Assembly (NCBI RefSeq): GCF_001677475.2
Contig: NZ_CP015229.1
Source: Escherichia coli
Lineage (GTDB): Bacteria > Pseudomonadota > Gammaproteobacteria > Enterobacterales > Enterobacteriaceae
DNA length: 64,000 nucleotides
Strand: one strand, 5' to 3'
In this document: in pieces, positions 1 through 8,948 of the stretch
Position numbering within the stretch: the stretch's first letter is position 1
How the letters are laid out: the number at the start of each line of letters is the position of its first letter
Notes under the pieces: model-generated
Databases searched by the model: none
The model's input: only the letters and a program-made list of their open reading frames with translations
What the model was told of the DNA's origin: nothing
Program-made: the position numbers and the translations under genes

Positions 1-854
1 ATCATCGCCAAGGTCAAGATGGGTTGCCCCAGTTTTTCCCACAGTGCAAGGCGGTATTCGCTGCTGGGTTGCCCGGTTTCCTGCAAATAATGGATGTAAT
101 GATTAAGCTGACGGACAGAAAAAGTATTCCCCGGCATCGATAACTCTTCAAGATTCATACTGGTGAAGGCCGATTGGCAGGCAAGATTATCTAATGTTTC
201 CAGCGTTTCTTTGCCATTCAGCCATTTTTTATGATTCACACCATGCAGGATCCACGTTTTGTCGTCTTCAATGGTGGCACTGCGTGCATAAATGTAGGAT
301 TCGAGCGAAAGATCGTCACGATAATGAAAAATCTCCACGCCCACCGGCTGGCCCTGCTCGTTCAGCGATTTCACCGTCACAAATTCATTACCACGCCTGG
401 CCCACAGCATATTGCCGGTAATGTCATCGTCCTCCCCCAACGCAGTGGCGGTCGATTTGATTTGCAGCGCCTGTTGCTGCAATGGCGACGCCACCCACTC
501 ATCTATTGCGCCTAACGAAACAGTCCACAATATCCCAGCAACCAGCGCCACCAGTGCAATACGGAAGATAGAAAACCCAGTGCTGCGAATGGCGGTAAGC
601 TCACTGTTTTTCGATAACTGCCCCAGGCCGACAATCCCTCCCAATAAGGCGATAAACGGCGAAAGTTCGACCAGTGTGCGCGGTAAGGTCATCAGCACCA
701 CCAGCACCGCCTGAGTCCAGCGATAACCGCCCGGGCTGACATCATCCAGTTCGTTAATCAGGTTGAAGGTGGTAAAAAGCGGCAGCAATAGCCCTGCGGC
801 GGCGGCAAAACCGAGAAAGAGATGACGGATCAAATAGCGACTGAAAACATTCAT
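1..854 (-). CDS. LptG/YjgQ-family permease paralog, partial (C-terminus beyond window start)
   Basis: Hand translation of the minus strand from ATG at 854 gives MNVFSRYLIRHLFLGF... with a hydrophobic N-terminus, a conserved SELTAIRSTG segment and a long periplasmic-type middle region, open to position 1. Start overlaps the upstream stop as ATGA. Not in the ORF track because it runs off the window. Confidence 0.7.
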   Translation of the reverse strand, partial: MNVFSRYLIRHLFLGFAAAAGLLLPLFTTFNLINELDDVSPGGYRWTQAVLVVLMTLPRTLVELSPFIALLGGIVGLGQLSKNSELTAIRSTGFSIFRIALVALVAGILWTVSLGAIDEWVASPLQQQALQIKSTATALGEDDDITGNMLWARRGNEFVTVKSLNEQGQPVGVEIFHYRDDLSLESYIYARSATIEDDKTWILHGVNHKKWLNGKETLETLDNLACQSAFTSMNLEELSMPGNTFSVRQLNHYIHYLQETGQPSSEYRLALWEKLGQPILTLAM

Positions 855-1921
855 CGGGAAAATTTCTGCAGCAAAGAGAAGTCGCGTGCGACCAGCATCA
901 GCAGGCCCATTAGCATGAGTCCGGGCACTAACCACAAACCAGGAATGAGAGGAATCGCGCCGTTAGCCACCAGCGTACGGCAGACGTCGCCGCCATAAAA
1001 AATGGCAATAAACAGCAACGTCAGTGGCAATAACGTTGAAAATCGCCCCTGCCGCGGTTTTACCCGACTTAATGAAATGGCCAGCAGCGCCATCAACAAT
1101 GCTGTCAGGCCACGGCTTTGTCGCCATTGCAGTTCGGCATGATCGGCTGGAAAGACGGAGCGCGCCAGCTCCGTGACCGATTTTGCTTTGCGTTTGACGT
1201 TAGGGCTTTGATCCAGCGGATTCAGATGTAATTGCAGATTACGGTAGATCTGTTCGTTGTCGTCACGCCCCTGATGATCGAGAAGGTAGGCGGTCCCGTT
1301 ATGCAACATAACGGTCGGTTTCTCGGGTGATGGGTCAACCACATCAACCGAACGGGCGCGGAAAATGCGGGTTCGATTGGCAGTAGAAGTATAAATCAGC
1401 GCGTCAGTCAGGCGATTATTATCCTGATCAACCGTCTGCGAAAGGATCATTCGTCCGTTATCGTTAGTGTTAAATTTCTTTGCCCGCAACTGGCGAACAT
1501 CCAACTCCGACTGCGACTGTTGCTCCAGTTGATAAATCTGCGCATAAGCCCACGGACGACCATACATCGACAGAAGGGTGACAAAAATACTTAGCGGTAT
1601 CGCCAAATTAAGAACGGCTTTGTACAAGCGTCCCGGACTGCCCCCCGCCGCAGAGATAGCGGTAATTTCCGAGTCGGTATACATCTGCCCTAGCGTCACG
1701 CCAACTGACACATACAGTCCAACAGGTAACAACATCTCCAGTGCAATCAGCACTTTGTAGAAAACGATATCCAGCACAACATCAAGTGCTAATGTCCCAT
1801 TTGCCGCTTCGGTCAGATAACGCTGTGCGGAGTAGCTGGCGAAAATAAAGATCAGAAAACCGACGATAATCAGCACCAGACGGCGCGTACCACGCATGAT
1901 GTAGTGTTCAACCAGCTTCAT
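851..1921 (-). CDS. LptF/YjgP-family permease paralog (356 aa)
   Basis: ORF track 851..1921. The N-terminal TM region and the GQMYTDSEITAISAAG motif resemble LptF (GKLYTESEITVMHACG), followed by a ~150-aa hydrophilic insert and C-terminal TM helices. Start may instead be Met9. Confidence 0.75.
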   Translation of the reverse strand: MKLVEHYIMRGTRRLVLIIVGFLIFIFASYSAQRYLTEAANGTLALDVVLDIVFYKVLIALEMLLPVGLYVSVGVTLGQMYTDSEITAISAAGGSPGRLYKAVLNLAIPLSIFVTLLSMYGRPWAYAQIYQLEQQSQSELDVRQLRAKKFNTNDNGRMILSQTVDQDNNRLTDALIYTSTANRTRIFRARSVDVVDPSPEKPTVMLHNGTAYLLDHQGRDDNEQIYRNLQLHLNPLDQSPNVKRKAKSVTELARSVFPADHAELQWRQSRGLTALLMALLAISLSRVKPRQGRFSTLLPLTLLFIAIFYGGDVCRTLVANGAIPLIPGLWLVPGLMLMGLLMLVARDFSLLQKFSR

Positions 1922-1951
1922 CTCACTAACGCCCTCAATCCTTTGAGTTTT

Positions 1952-2515
1952 TTATTCATTGATCAGCTTCTGCGCCAGCGCAATGACATGATCTACCTCT
2001 TCCGGCGTCAGGCTGCCGTCCTTTGCCCACTGAATTTGCCCGGCTTTATTCAGCACCAGAATGGTTGAACTCTGCTCCGGCAAGCGCCAGGCAATGCGTC
2101 CCAGTCCATTGCCGTCAATAACGAATTGCGCCCACGGATAGCGGCGTTTATTTTTTTCGATTTTGCCAACGACAAAATAGCCGGTACCAAAAATGGCATC
2201 ATCGGTGTTCACAATGGTGGTGGGCTGAAAACGATCCTGCGGAAAGTTTGCCGCTTCAACCGCTTTAATTAACAGTGAGTTCTTTTTCTTCGCCGACTTA
2301 CGCCCAGCGATATACTGAATAATGCGAACTTTTCCCGCCAGCTGTGTGCTGTTCCACTTTTGGTAGTGAATTTCGTCGTCGCTATTCAGAAGCAGCTCGC
2401 CGCCTTCCTGGATATAAACAGGGGTAACCGTTTTGCCAGTGACGAAATTGTGTGCCTGCACACCCGGGGCTAAGAGCATGATAATCAGCGCAATAATCAA
2501 ACGAGATGACATCAT
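1952..2515 (-). CDS. YtfJ-family periplasmic protein (187 aa, signal peptide)
   Basis: N-terminal signal sequence MMSSRLIIALIIMLLAPGVQA; overall similarity to E. coli YtfJ from memory (motifs TTIVNTDDAI, QWAKDG.LTPEEV). Confidence 0.65.
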   Translation of the reverse strand: MMSSRLIIALIIMLLAPGVQAHNFVTGKTVTPVYIQEGGELLLNSDDEIHYQKWNSTQLAGKVRIIQYIAGRKSAKKKNSLLIKAVEAANFPQDRFQPTTIVNTDDAIFGTGYFVVGKIEKNKRRYPWAQFVIDGNGLGRIAWRLPEQSSTILVLNKAGQIQWAKDGSLTPEEVDHVIALAQKLINE

Positions 2516-2523
2516 TGCTCCGG

Positions 2524-3348
2524 TTATAGCGGAAAACGCGAAATCAGCAGCTCTAAGCGCTGGCGAATATCGCTATCCAGCGCCACCGGTGCATCATACG
2601 ACTGGCGGTTTTCCATATCATCCGCCACCATGTCGTCGTGTTTATCCCCCATCAGGCCATTAATGGCGGCGAGGAAACGGGAAATCTGTAACGCCTCTTT
2701 ATTTTCAGGATCAAGCGATCTTAGGGTGTCGTAATAAGAAACCTGCTGGCTGATGATTTTTCGCACATCATGAAATTCCCTGCCGGTTAGTCGCGGTTTG
2801 GCGATTATCTCTTTCAGGGTATGCATTTGCTTTTGCCGATAGGCAATAAAACCGCTTACGATTTCTAACTGGCTATGGCGTAATGAATAGTTCACCAACG
2901 ACCAGACCGGAGAGCTTAAATAAATTCGTAACAGGTTGCCGTAATACGACACAATATTTTTCTTACCGTTACGAAATCCGTCCTGAAAACGTCCCAGAAA
3001 AACGGTCGTTTTGCCGAATAAAAATCTGGCCTGATGCTTTTTTAAATACAGCCGTTGTGCAAAACGCAGATGCTTGTAGCGCGCTCGCATGTATTTAAAT
3101 TGTTTGCGCTCATCAGCAGTCAGCTCATCGCCTTTGGTCTGTTTGCGAATTAAACGCAGTAACTCCTGGCGATTAACGCCATTGAGCCAGAATTGCAGGC
3201 ATAACGCGTAATTATCATGGATGATTTCGGTGGTACAACTTAGTGCAATAGTCGGCGGCAAACTAACCTGTGCATCAACGACATCATCTTCTTCAATCGC
3301 AACAAATAGACGCTCGCTCGCCTCAAGCGGGAAATATTTTCTCATCAT
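2524..3348 (-). CDS. Hypothetical basic cytoplasmic protein (274 aa), function unknown
   Basis: Uninterrupted ORF; start overlaps the yghQ stop (ATGA); 8 bp before the next gene. No motif I recognise. Confidence 0.6.
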   Translation of the reverse strand: MMRKYFPLEASERLFVAIEEDDVVDAQVSLPPTIALSCTTEIIHDNYALCLQFWLNGVNRQELLRLIRKQTKGDELTADERKQFKYMRARYKHLRFAQRLYLKKHQARFLFGKTTVFLGRFQDGFRNGKKNIVSYYGNLLRIYLSSPVWSLVNYSLRHSQLEIVSGFIAYRQKQMHTLKEIIAKPRLTGREFHDVRKIISQQVSYYDTLRSLDPENKEALQISRFLAAINGLMGDKHDDMVADDMENRQSYDAPVALDSDIRQRLELLISRFPL

Positions 3349-4697
3349 CAGGATTTCTCTCCGGCTGCGTTATAAAGCAAGGAATGGCGCTGAAAAAATG
3401 CCTTTAAGGTTGGAATTAGCGAGAGCGCTACATCCAGACATTGCCCAGCGAAGTAAGCAAATGCAGCCCCCAGCACGCCAAACAGATGACAGAACATGAA
3501 CAGCAATACGATGTAGCCGATTGAGGCGATGGTTTGCGCCACGAGAAAAGCGCGCTGTTTTCCCGCCATCAATAGCAATGACTCCTGCGGGAAGCCCAGC
3601 ATCGAAATCACAATTGCGCCCAGCATCACCTGAATCAGGTCATACGCTTCGAGATACTTAACGCCAAACACCAGCGAAATGAGCGGCTTGCCGACGATCA
3701 ACACCGCGAGCGCCACCAGAATACCGATTCCGCCCGCCAGTAAACCGGACTTCACACCTAACAACCAAGGTCTGGTGGTGCGCGGATCTAAACGCATCAC
3801 CTCTGGGTAAAAACTTTTACCCAGCAAACCCGCTGGCGTTCCGGCGGCGTCGAAGAATGTCATGGCGATTTTAAATAACCCGGCGGCAGCGGGTCCTAAC
3901 ACGATCCCCACCAACACTGTGCTGCACGAATTACGCGCCGACCAGATGGAATGGGCAATGTTGGTTGACCAGACAAAACTCCACGAGCCTTTGATGTGTC
4001 GGGCAGACTCAAACAGATTCAATTTGAACGCGTTATGGACATTTCTGCGGCGTAATTCACGTGCGGCAAACCACCAGTACATGGTACCGCCAACAAGATT
4101 CGAGGCGTACCAGGCAATAACAAAACCCGCAAAACCAAAGTCAAAATACCAGGCAACGACGCTCCCCGCTGCACGCAGAAAAGGTTTCGTCGCCTGCTGT
4201 ACAGCAATTAAATCGAAGCGATCTACCGCACGCAGAATGCCGGTCGGCGTGGAGGAAGCCATTGAAGGAATGAGCGTGCAATAGAGCGCTGCCAGCCAAA
4301 AACTTTGGTCATCCAGACCTAATGAATGGGAAAGGAATGGCAGTAAGGCAATGCCGCCGACAATCGCCACCGCGCCGCTGACGATATCCAGCGAGAAGGA
4401 AAAAGAGACGACATTGCGAAATTGCTGCGGATTATTGTTGGTTAATGCTGGTGTTCCGTACTGAACCACCAGCTGCCATGTCTGAAACTTAATAAAATCG
4501 CTGATCGACTTGGCGTACGATTGCACAATCACCAGTACGCCAAACATGGCGGGCGTCATCCCTTTACCGGCACACGAGAGCGCCAACAGACCCAGCAAGG
4601 CGCTCACGACATTACTGGAGCCTAACCAGGCGCTATTGCGAATAATGGTGCGAAACGCGCCATCTGCAAACCAATGTTTGATGTTAAAACCCGCCAA
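3348..4697 (-). CDS. yghQ: Putative MOP/Wzx-type polysaccharide or lipid flippase, full-length 449 aa
   Basis: Polytopic membrane protein of the polysaccharide-biosynthesis (flippase) family; position immediately downstream of yghR as in K-12, where I recall YghQ as a shorter 355-aa product. Confidence 0.8.
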   Translation of the reverse strand: MAGFNIKHWFADGAFRTIIRNSAWLGSSNVVSALLGLLALSCAGKGMTPAMFGVLVIVQSYAKSISDFIKFQTWQLVVQYGTPALTNNNPQQFRNVVSFSFSLDIVSGAVAIVGGIALLPFLSHSLGLDDQSFWLAALYCTLIPSMASSTPTGILRAVDRFDLIAVQQATKPFLRAAGSVVAWYFDFGFAGFVIAWYASNLVGGTMYWWFAARELRRRNVHNAFKLNLFESARHIKGSWSFVWSTNIAHSIWSARNSCSTVLVGIVLGPAAAGLFKIAMTFFDAAGTPAGLLGKSFYPEVMRLDPRTTRPWLLGVKSGLLAGGIGILVALAVLIVGKPLISLVFGVKYLEAYDLIQVMLGAIVISMLGFPQESLLLMAGKQRAFLVAQTIASIGYIVLLFMFCHLFGVLGAAFAYFAGQCLDVALSLIPTLKAFFQRHSLLYNAAGEKS

Positions 4698-4741
4698 TTC
4701 AGCCTGAACTTATCGTTGATAGTAAAAAGTATCCGCCAGCC

Positions 4742-5500
4742 TTAAGTTAAACTTCGGCGGTCAGAAACGATGGCAACCAGAGAAACCGCCTTCTGTGCCT
4801 GTTCCAGCACTTCGCTGTAGGGCGCTCTGGAATCAATCTCAAGAATTTTTGTGCCGTTATAGCCAATCGTCGACATGACGCCGATTTTGTCCTGCAGCTC
4901 GGCATAGTCATGGTCAGGCTTGCGGGAGATGGCAGTATCAATATCAATCCCCAAACGAATGATTAATTCAGGACGGTATTGCGCCATTTGTTGGTATAAA
5001 CGCCGTTCGCGCTGCGCCAGAAACATGCTGATTTTCCCGGTCGCACGTTCGACGCCGATCCCCGGTCCGTCATAATAAAAGCCCGAAATTTCAGCCTGCG
5101 GGAAGCGATCGCTGACCACCAGAACGCCACTTTGCGCCAGTCGCTGAACCTTGCGTAGATTCGCCATTCTTCGCAGCGAGAAGCAGTACATAATCACCGC
5201 CGCCCATAGCGCTGGAGATTTGGTTTTCATGCTTTGGGTTTTCGAGGATTTGGCCGCCAGTCGCCGTTCGAGCCAGACGCCAACCAACGGCAATCGTTTG
5301 ATTTTGTCGCCGTCTTCGCCGGAGAGCAGCCCCAGATAGCGGCGCTCAGTTTGCCAGTGTTGTTGCAGCGATTTCACCAGGTCAGTGGTCAGTGTGGATT
5401 TACCGGTGCCATCACACCCGACCACCGCAATCAGCCCCGGAATGTAGTTGGGCTGCGGCGCGGTTGTACTATTAACAGTTTGTGTTTGTAGTGCATCCAT
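4742..5500 (-). CDS. yghR: P-loop NTPase / kinase-like ATP-binding protein (252 aa)
   Basis: Walker A VVGCDGTGKST, DRFPQ and ARKPDH motifs; length and position match K-12 yghR. Confidence 0.85.
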   Translation of the reverse strand: MDALQTQTVNSTTAPQPNYIPGLIAVVGCDGTGKSTLTTDLVKSLQQHWQTERRYLGLLSGEDGDKIKRLPLVGVWLERRLAAKSSKTQSMKTKSPALWAAVIMYCFSLRRMANLRKVQRLAQSGVLVVSDRFPQAEISGFYYDGPGIGVERATGKISMFLAQRERRLYQQMAQYRPELIIRLGIDIDTAISRKPDHDYAELQDKIGVMSTIGYNGTKILEIDSRAPYSEVLEQAQKAVSLVAIVSDRRSLT

Positions 5501-5529
5501 TCGTTAAATCATCCCTATCCATTTGGTGA

Positions 5530-6243
5530 TCAGGAAAGCGCGGCGTGAATTGCGCGTAGTGACGCTTGCAGAATTTCATCGGCTGGTTGCCGACCATCCA
5601 GTTCAAGGATCTTTGCGCCATTGAATGTCAGTTGCGGCGTAACGGCGATTTTTTCCTGTAACGCTGCCAGTTGGTGGTCAGGTTTACGCGCAAACGCGGT
5701 TTGTTCATCAATGCCAAGACGAATCAACAATACGGGCAAATAAGACGCCATCCATTGGTACAGCTTCAGCTCGCGCTGCCTTAACATTTTTATCCAACCG
5801 TTACCGCCCGTAGTTTTTGCCAATTGCGGGCCATCAAAGCGAAAACCCGGCACTTCAACCTGCGGGTAGCGGTCGGTGATGAGCAGATAGCCTTGCTGGC
5901 TTTTACACAACATTTTGCGAAACTTGTACGCCCGCCAGCAGGAAAGCAGATAGATAACCAGTGCAGTAATATTGCCAGGCGGTGTTGAGGGCTTTTCGTG
6001 CACATGTGCCGCTTTACTTCGCAGATAACGCCCAAAAGATGCGCCAATAATGGGCAGCTGTGAAATCCATTCGCCAATTCGCCCGGACGATTGCCCGAGA
6101 TAAATGTGTTCTGTTGGCATTCTTGCTGCCAGTTCATTTACCAGGCTTGCCGTGAGGGTCGATTTACCTGAACCATCACATCCTACAATGGCAATAACAC
6201 GCACTGGCGTGGAATTAATTATTGACATATTACGTTGATTCAC
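5530..6243 (-). CDS. yghS: P-loop NTPase / kinase-like ATP-binding protein (237 aa)
   Basis: Walker A IVGCDGSGKST, DRYPQ and ARKPDH motifs; paralog of yghR. Confidence 0.85.
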   Translation of the reverse strand: MNQRNMSIINSTPVRVIAIVGCDGSGKSTLTASLVNELAARMPTEHIYLGQSSGRIGEWISQLPIIGASFGRYLRSKAAHVHEKPSTPPGNITALVIYLLSCWRAYKFRKMLCKSQQGYLLITDRYPQVEVPGFRFDGPQLAKTTGGNGWIKMLRQRELKLYQWMASYLPVLLIRLGIDEQTAFARKPDHQLAALQEKIAVTPQLTFNGAKILELDGRQPADEILQASLRAIHAALS

Positions 6244-6416
6244 GAAAAACCCGGCAGCAAATAATGTATTGAATATTACGTGGTCCGTGCTCAGAATATC
6301 CGTTCAACCTTATTGTGACAATGGTTAATTGTGACATTGACCTGAATTACGCTTTCATAAAAACATATTAACCAAATAAATATTTTTAATGGATATTTAA
6401 ATTAAAGGATATATTC
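6244..6416. promoter_or_regulatory. Divergent yghS / yghT promoter region with direct repeat of ATTGTGACA
   Basis: AT-rich 173 bp between divergent starts; (t/a)ATTGTGACA at 6311-6320 and 6327-6336. Confidence 0.4.
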
Positions 6417-7109
6417 ATGCAGTCAATAACACCTCCATTAATTGCCGTTATTGGTAGCGATGGTTCAGGCAAGTCAACGGTGTGTGAACATCTCATTACC
6501 GTTGTCGAAAAATATGGTGCTGCCGAAAGAGTTCATTTAGGAAAACAGGCCGGAAATGTCGGTCGTGCAGTGACAAAATTACCGTTGATGGGAAAATCCT
6601 TACATAAAACAATTGAACGAAATCAGGTGAAAACAGCAAAAAAATTGCCTGGCCCTGTTCCGGCGCTGGTAATTACAGCGTTTGTCGCCCGTCGCTTACT
6701 GCGCTTTCGTCATATGCTTGCCTGTCGTCGTCGCGGGTTAATTGTTCTAACCGACCGTTATCCTCAGGACCAAATTCCTGGCGCTTACGATGGTACGGTG
6801 TTCCCACCTAACGTTGAAGGTGGTCGTTTTGTCTCATGGCTGGCAAGCCAGGAACGTAAAGCGTTTCACTGGATGGCGAGCCATAAACCTGATCTGGTCA
6901 TCAAACTCAATGTCGACCTTGAAGTTGCCTGCGCGCGTAAACCCGACCATAAACGGGAATCGCTGGCGAGGAAGATTGCCATAACGCCACAGTTAACCTT
7001 TGGTGGTGCACAACTGGTTGATATCGACGCCAATCAGCCACTGGAAAAGGTGCTGGTTGATGCAGAAAAAGCGATTACGGATTTTATGATCGCGCGTGGT
7101 TATCACTAG
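6417..7109 (+). CDS. yghT: P-loop NTPase / kinase-like ATP-binding protein (230 aa)
   Basis: Walker [17 protein letters not shown] and ARKPDH motifs; third paralog, divergently transcribed. Confidence 0.85.
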   Translation: MQSITPPLIAVIGSDGSGKSTVCEHLITVVEKYGAAERVHLGKQAGNVGRAVTKLPLMGKSLHKTIERNQVKTAKKLPGPVPALVITAFVARRLLRFRHMLACRRRGLIVLTDRYPQDQIPGAYDGTVFPPNVEGGRFVSWLASQERKAFHWMASHKPDLVIKLNVDLEVACARKPDHKRESLARKIAITPQLTFGGAQLVDIDANQPLEKVLVDAEKAITDFMIARGYH

Positions 7110-7157
7110 TCAAAAATGGAAATGCCCGATCGCCAGGACCGGGCATTTTCAGGAAGG

Positions 7158-8657
7158 TTAAATCAACTGCAATGCTATCCAGTACAACCCACCAGAAAGA
7201 AAAATCGCCGCCGGTAAAGTAAACACCCACGCCATCAGGATGCTGGTTACCGTTTTACGCTGTAACCCACCGCCGTCCACCACCATCGTCCCTGCTACCG
7301 CAGACGAGAGGACGTGTGTTGTGGAGACGGGCATCCCAATATAACTGGCAAGGCCGATAGACACTGCCGCCGTCATTTGTGCCGCCATGCCTTGCGCATA
7401 CGTCATGCCGCGCTTACCAATCTTCTCACCGATGGTCATCGCTACACGACGCCAGCCAATCATGGTGCCAATGCCGAGCGCCAGAGCTACTGCCATGATG
7501 ATCCACACCGGAGCGTACTCAATGGTGCTTAACATATCGCTGCGCAGTTTTTTCAGCAGGTTCTGGTCTTCTTTACTGACGCCTGGCAGTTTCGCCAGCT
7601 TCGCGGAGGTATCAGAGATGCACAGCATAATGCGGCGCAGCTGGCTGCGCTGACTCACGCTTAACGGCTCGTAACTTTCCATATTGCCTGGCAGCATCGT
7701 TTTAACGCGCGCAATCGCATCAAAGGTATTTGCCGGATGACAGTGAAACTCCGTCACTTGCGCGCCATCAGTCGATGCCGCAGGCAATGGAGGTTCCATC
7801 GTAATCAACTTCTGCGGCAGTTCAGGATGCTGTTGCAGGTAGTGTTCGAAGTTGGTGACGGCATCGCGGGTACGGGTAATTTCATAGCCGGACGCGTTCA
7901 TATTGACGACGAAGCCAGCAGGGGCAATCCCCACCAGTACCAGCATCACCAGGCCGATCCCTTTCTGCCCGTCGTTAGCGCCGTGCGAAAACGCCACGCC
8001 CGCAGCGGAAACAATCAGCGCAATACGCGTCCAGAATGGCGGCTTACGTTTGCCTTTTTTCTTTTTGCGATCTTCCGGAATGCGGTGAATACGGTCACGC
8101 TTTTTCGTCCCGCTCCAGAAACGGCGCAGCAGGAAAATCAGACCACCCGCAATGACCAGGCCGACGATAGGGGAAACAATCAGCGAGGAGAAAATTTTGG
8201 TCACTTCACGCAGGTTTAACGCATCCATCACCGATGAGCCGGTTAACAGCGCGTTGGTTAAACCGATGCCGATAATTGCACCAATCAAGGTGTGCGAACT
8301 GGAGGCCGGTAAACCAAAGAACCACGTTCCCAGGTTCCAGATAATCGCCGCCAGCAGCATGGAAAAGACCATCGCCAGACCGTGGGTTGACCCCATATTC
8401 AGCAACAAATCGGTTGGCAACATATGGACAATGGCATAGGCAACGCTAAGTCCGCCCAATAACACGCCAAAAAAATTAAAAAATGCCGCCATCACCACAG
8501 CAAGTTGTGGTTGCATGGCACGAGTATAAATAACGGTTGCCACCGCATTCGCCGTGTCATGAAAACCATTGATTGCTTCGTAGAACAACACAAATGCCAG
8601 AGCAAGTAATAACAAAAGCCCTGTGTATATATCAAGGCCAACAAATAAATTTAGCAT
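7158..8657 (-). CDS. pitB: Low-affinity inorganic phosphate transporter (PiT family, 499 aa)
   Basis: PiT-family membrane protein with internal K/R-rich cytoplasmic loop; adjacent to gss as in K-12. Confidence 0.9.
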   Translation of the reverse strand: MLNLFVGLDIYTGLLLLLALAFVLFYEAINGFHDTANAVATVIYTRAMQPQLAVVMAAFFNFFGVLLGGLSVAYAIVHMLPTDLLLNMGSTHGLAMVFSMLLAAIIWNLGTWFFGLPASSSHTLIGAIIGIGLTNALLTGSSVMDALNLREVTKIFSSLIVSPIVGLVIAGGLIFLLRRFWSGTKKRDRIHRIPEDRKKKKGKRKPPFWTRIALIVSAAGVAFSHGANDGQKGIGLVMLVLVGIAPAGFVVNMNASGYEITRTRDAVTNFEHYLQQHPELPQKLITMEPPLPAASTDGAQVTEFHCHPANTFDAIARVKTMLPGNMESYEPLSVSQRSQLRRIMLCISDTSAKLAKLPGVSKEDQNLLKKLRSDMLSTIEYAPVWIIMAVALALGIGTMIGWRRVAMTIGEKIGKRGMTYAQGMAAQMTAAVSIGLASYIGMPVSTTHVLSSAVAGTMVVDGGGLQRKTVTSILMAWVFTLPAAIFLSGGLYWIALQLI

Positions 8658-8898
8658 ATATTAGATTACGCCATTTTGAATTTACGAACGGACGCATTAT
8701 CAGTGACTTTAACGGCGTGGGCAAAGTGAAATATCATTTTTTAACGATAAAAAGAGTGTTATTTCTTGTGTATCAGACAATAAGCATTCATTCAAAACCT
8801 TTAGAATTAATCAAAACATAGCTATTCCACTGGTTAATACATTCACATATGAAATAAATAAATATTGGAACATATAAATATTGAATATTTTGATTAAT

Positions 8899-8933
8899 CC
8901 CCGCACTGATTATTCTTCATAATCAGTGCGGGG
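8899..8933 (-). terminator. Perfect 15-bp-stem hairpin 16 bp downstream of gss
   Basis: ccccgcactgattat / ataatcagtgcgggg inverted repeat with 5-nt loop. Confidence 0.5.
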
Positions 8934-8948
8934 TTGCTACAACATGTA

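Noticed and set aside
194-714. Three overlapping plus-strand ORFs (75-100 aa) at the window start
   Set aside because: They lie antisense to the partial LptG-like gene, which translates cleanly on the minus strand.
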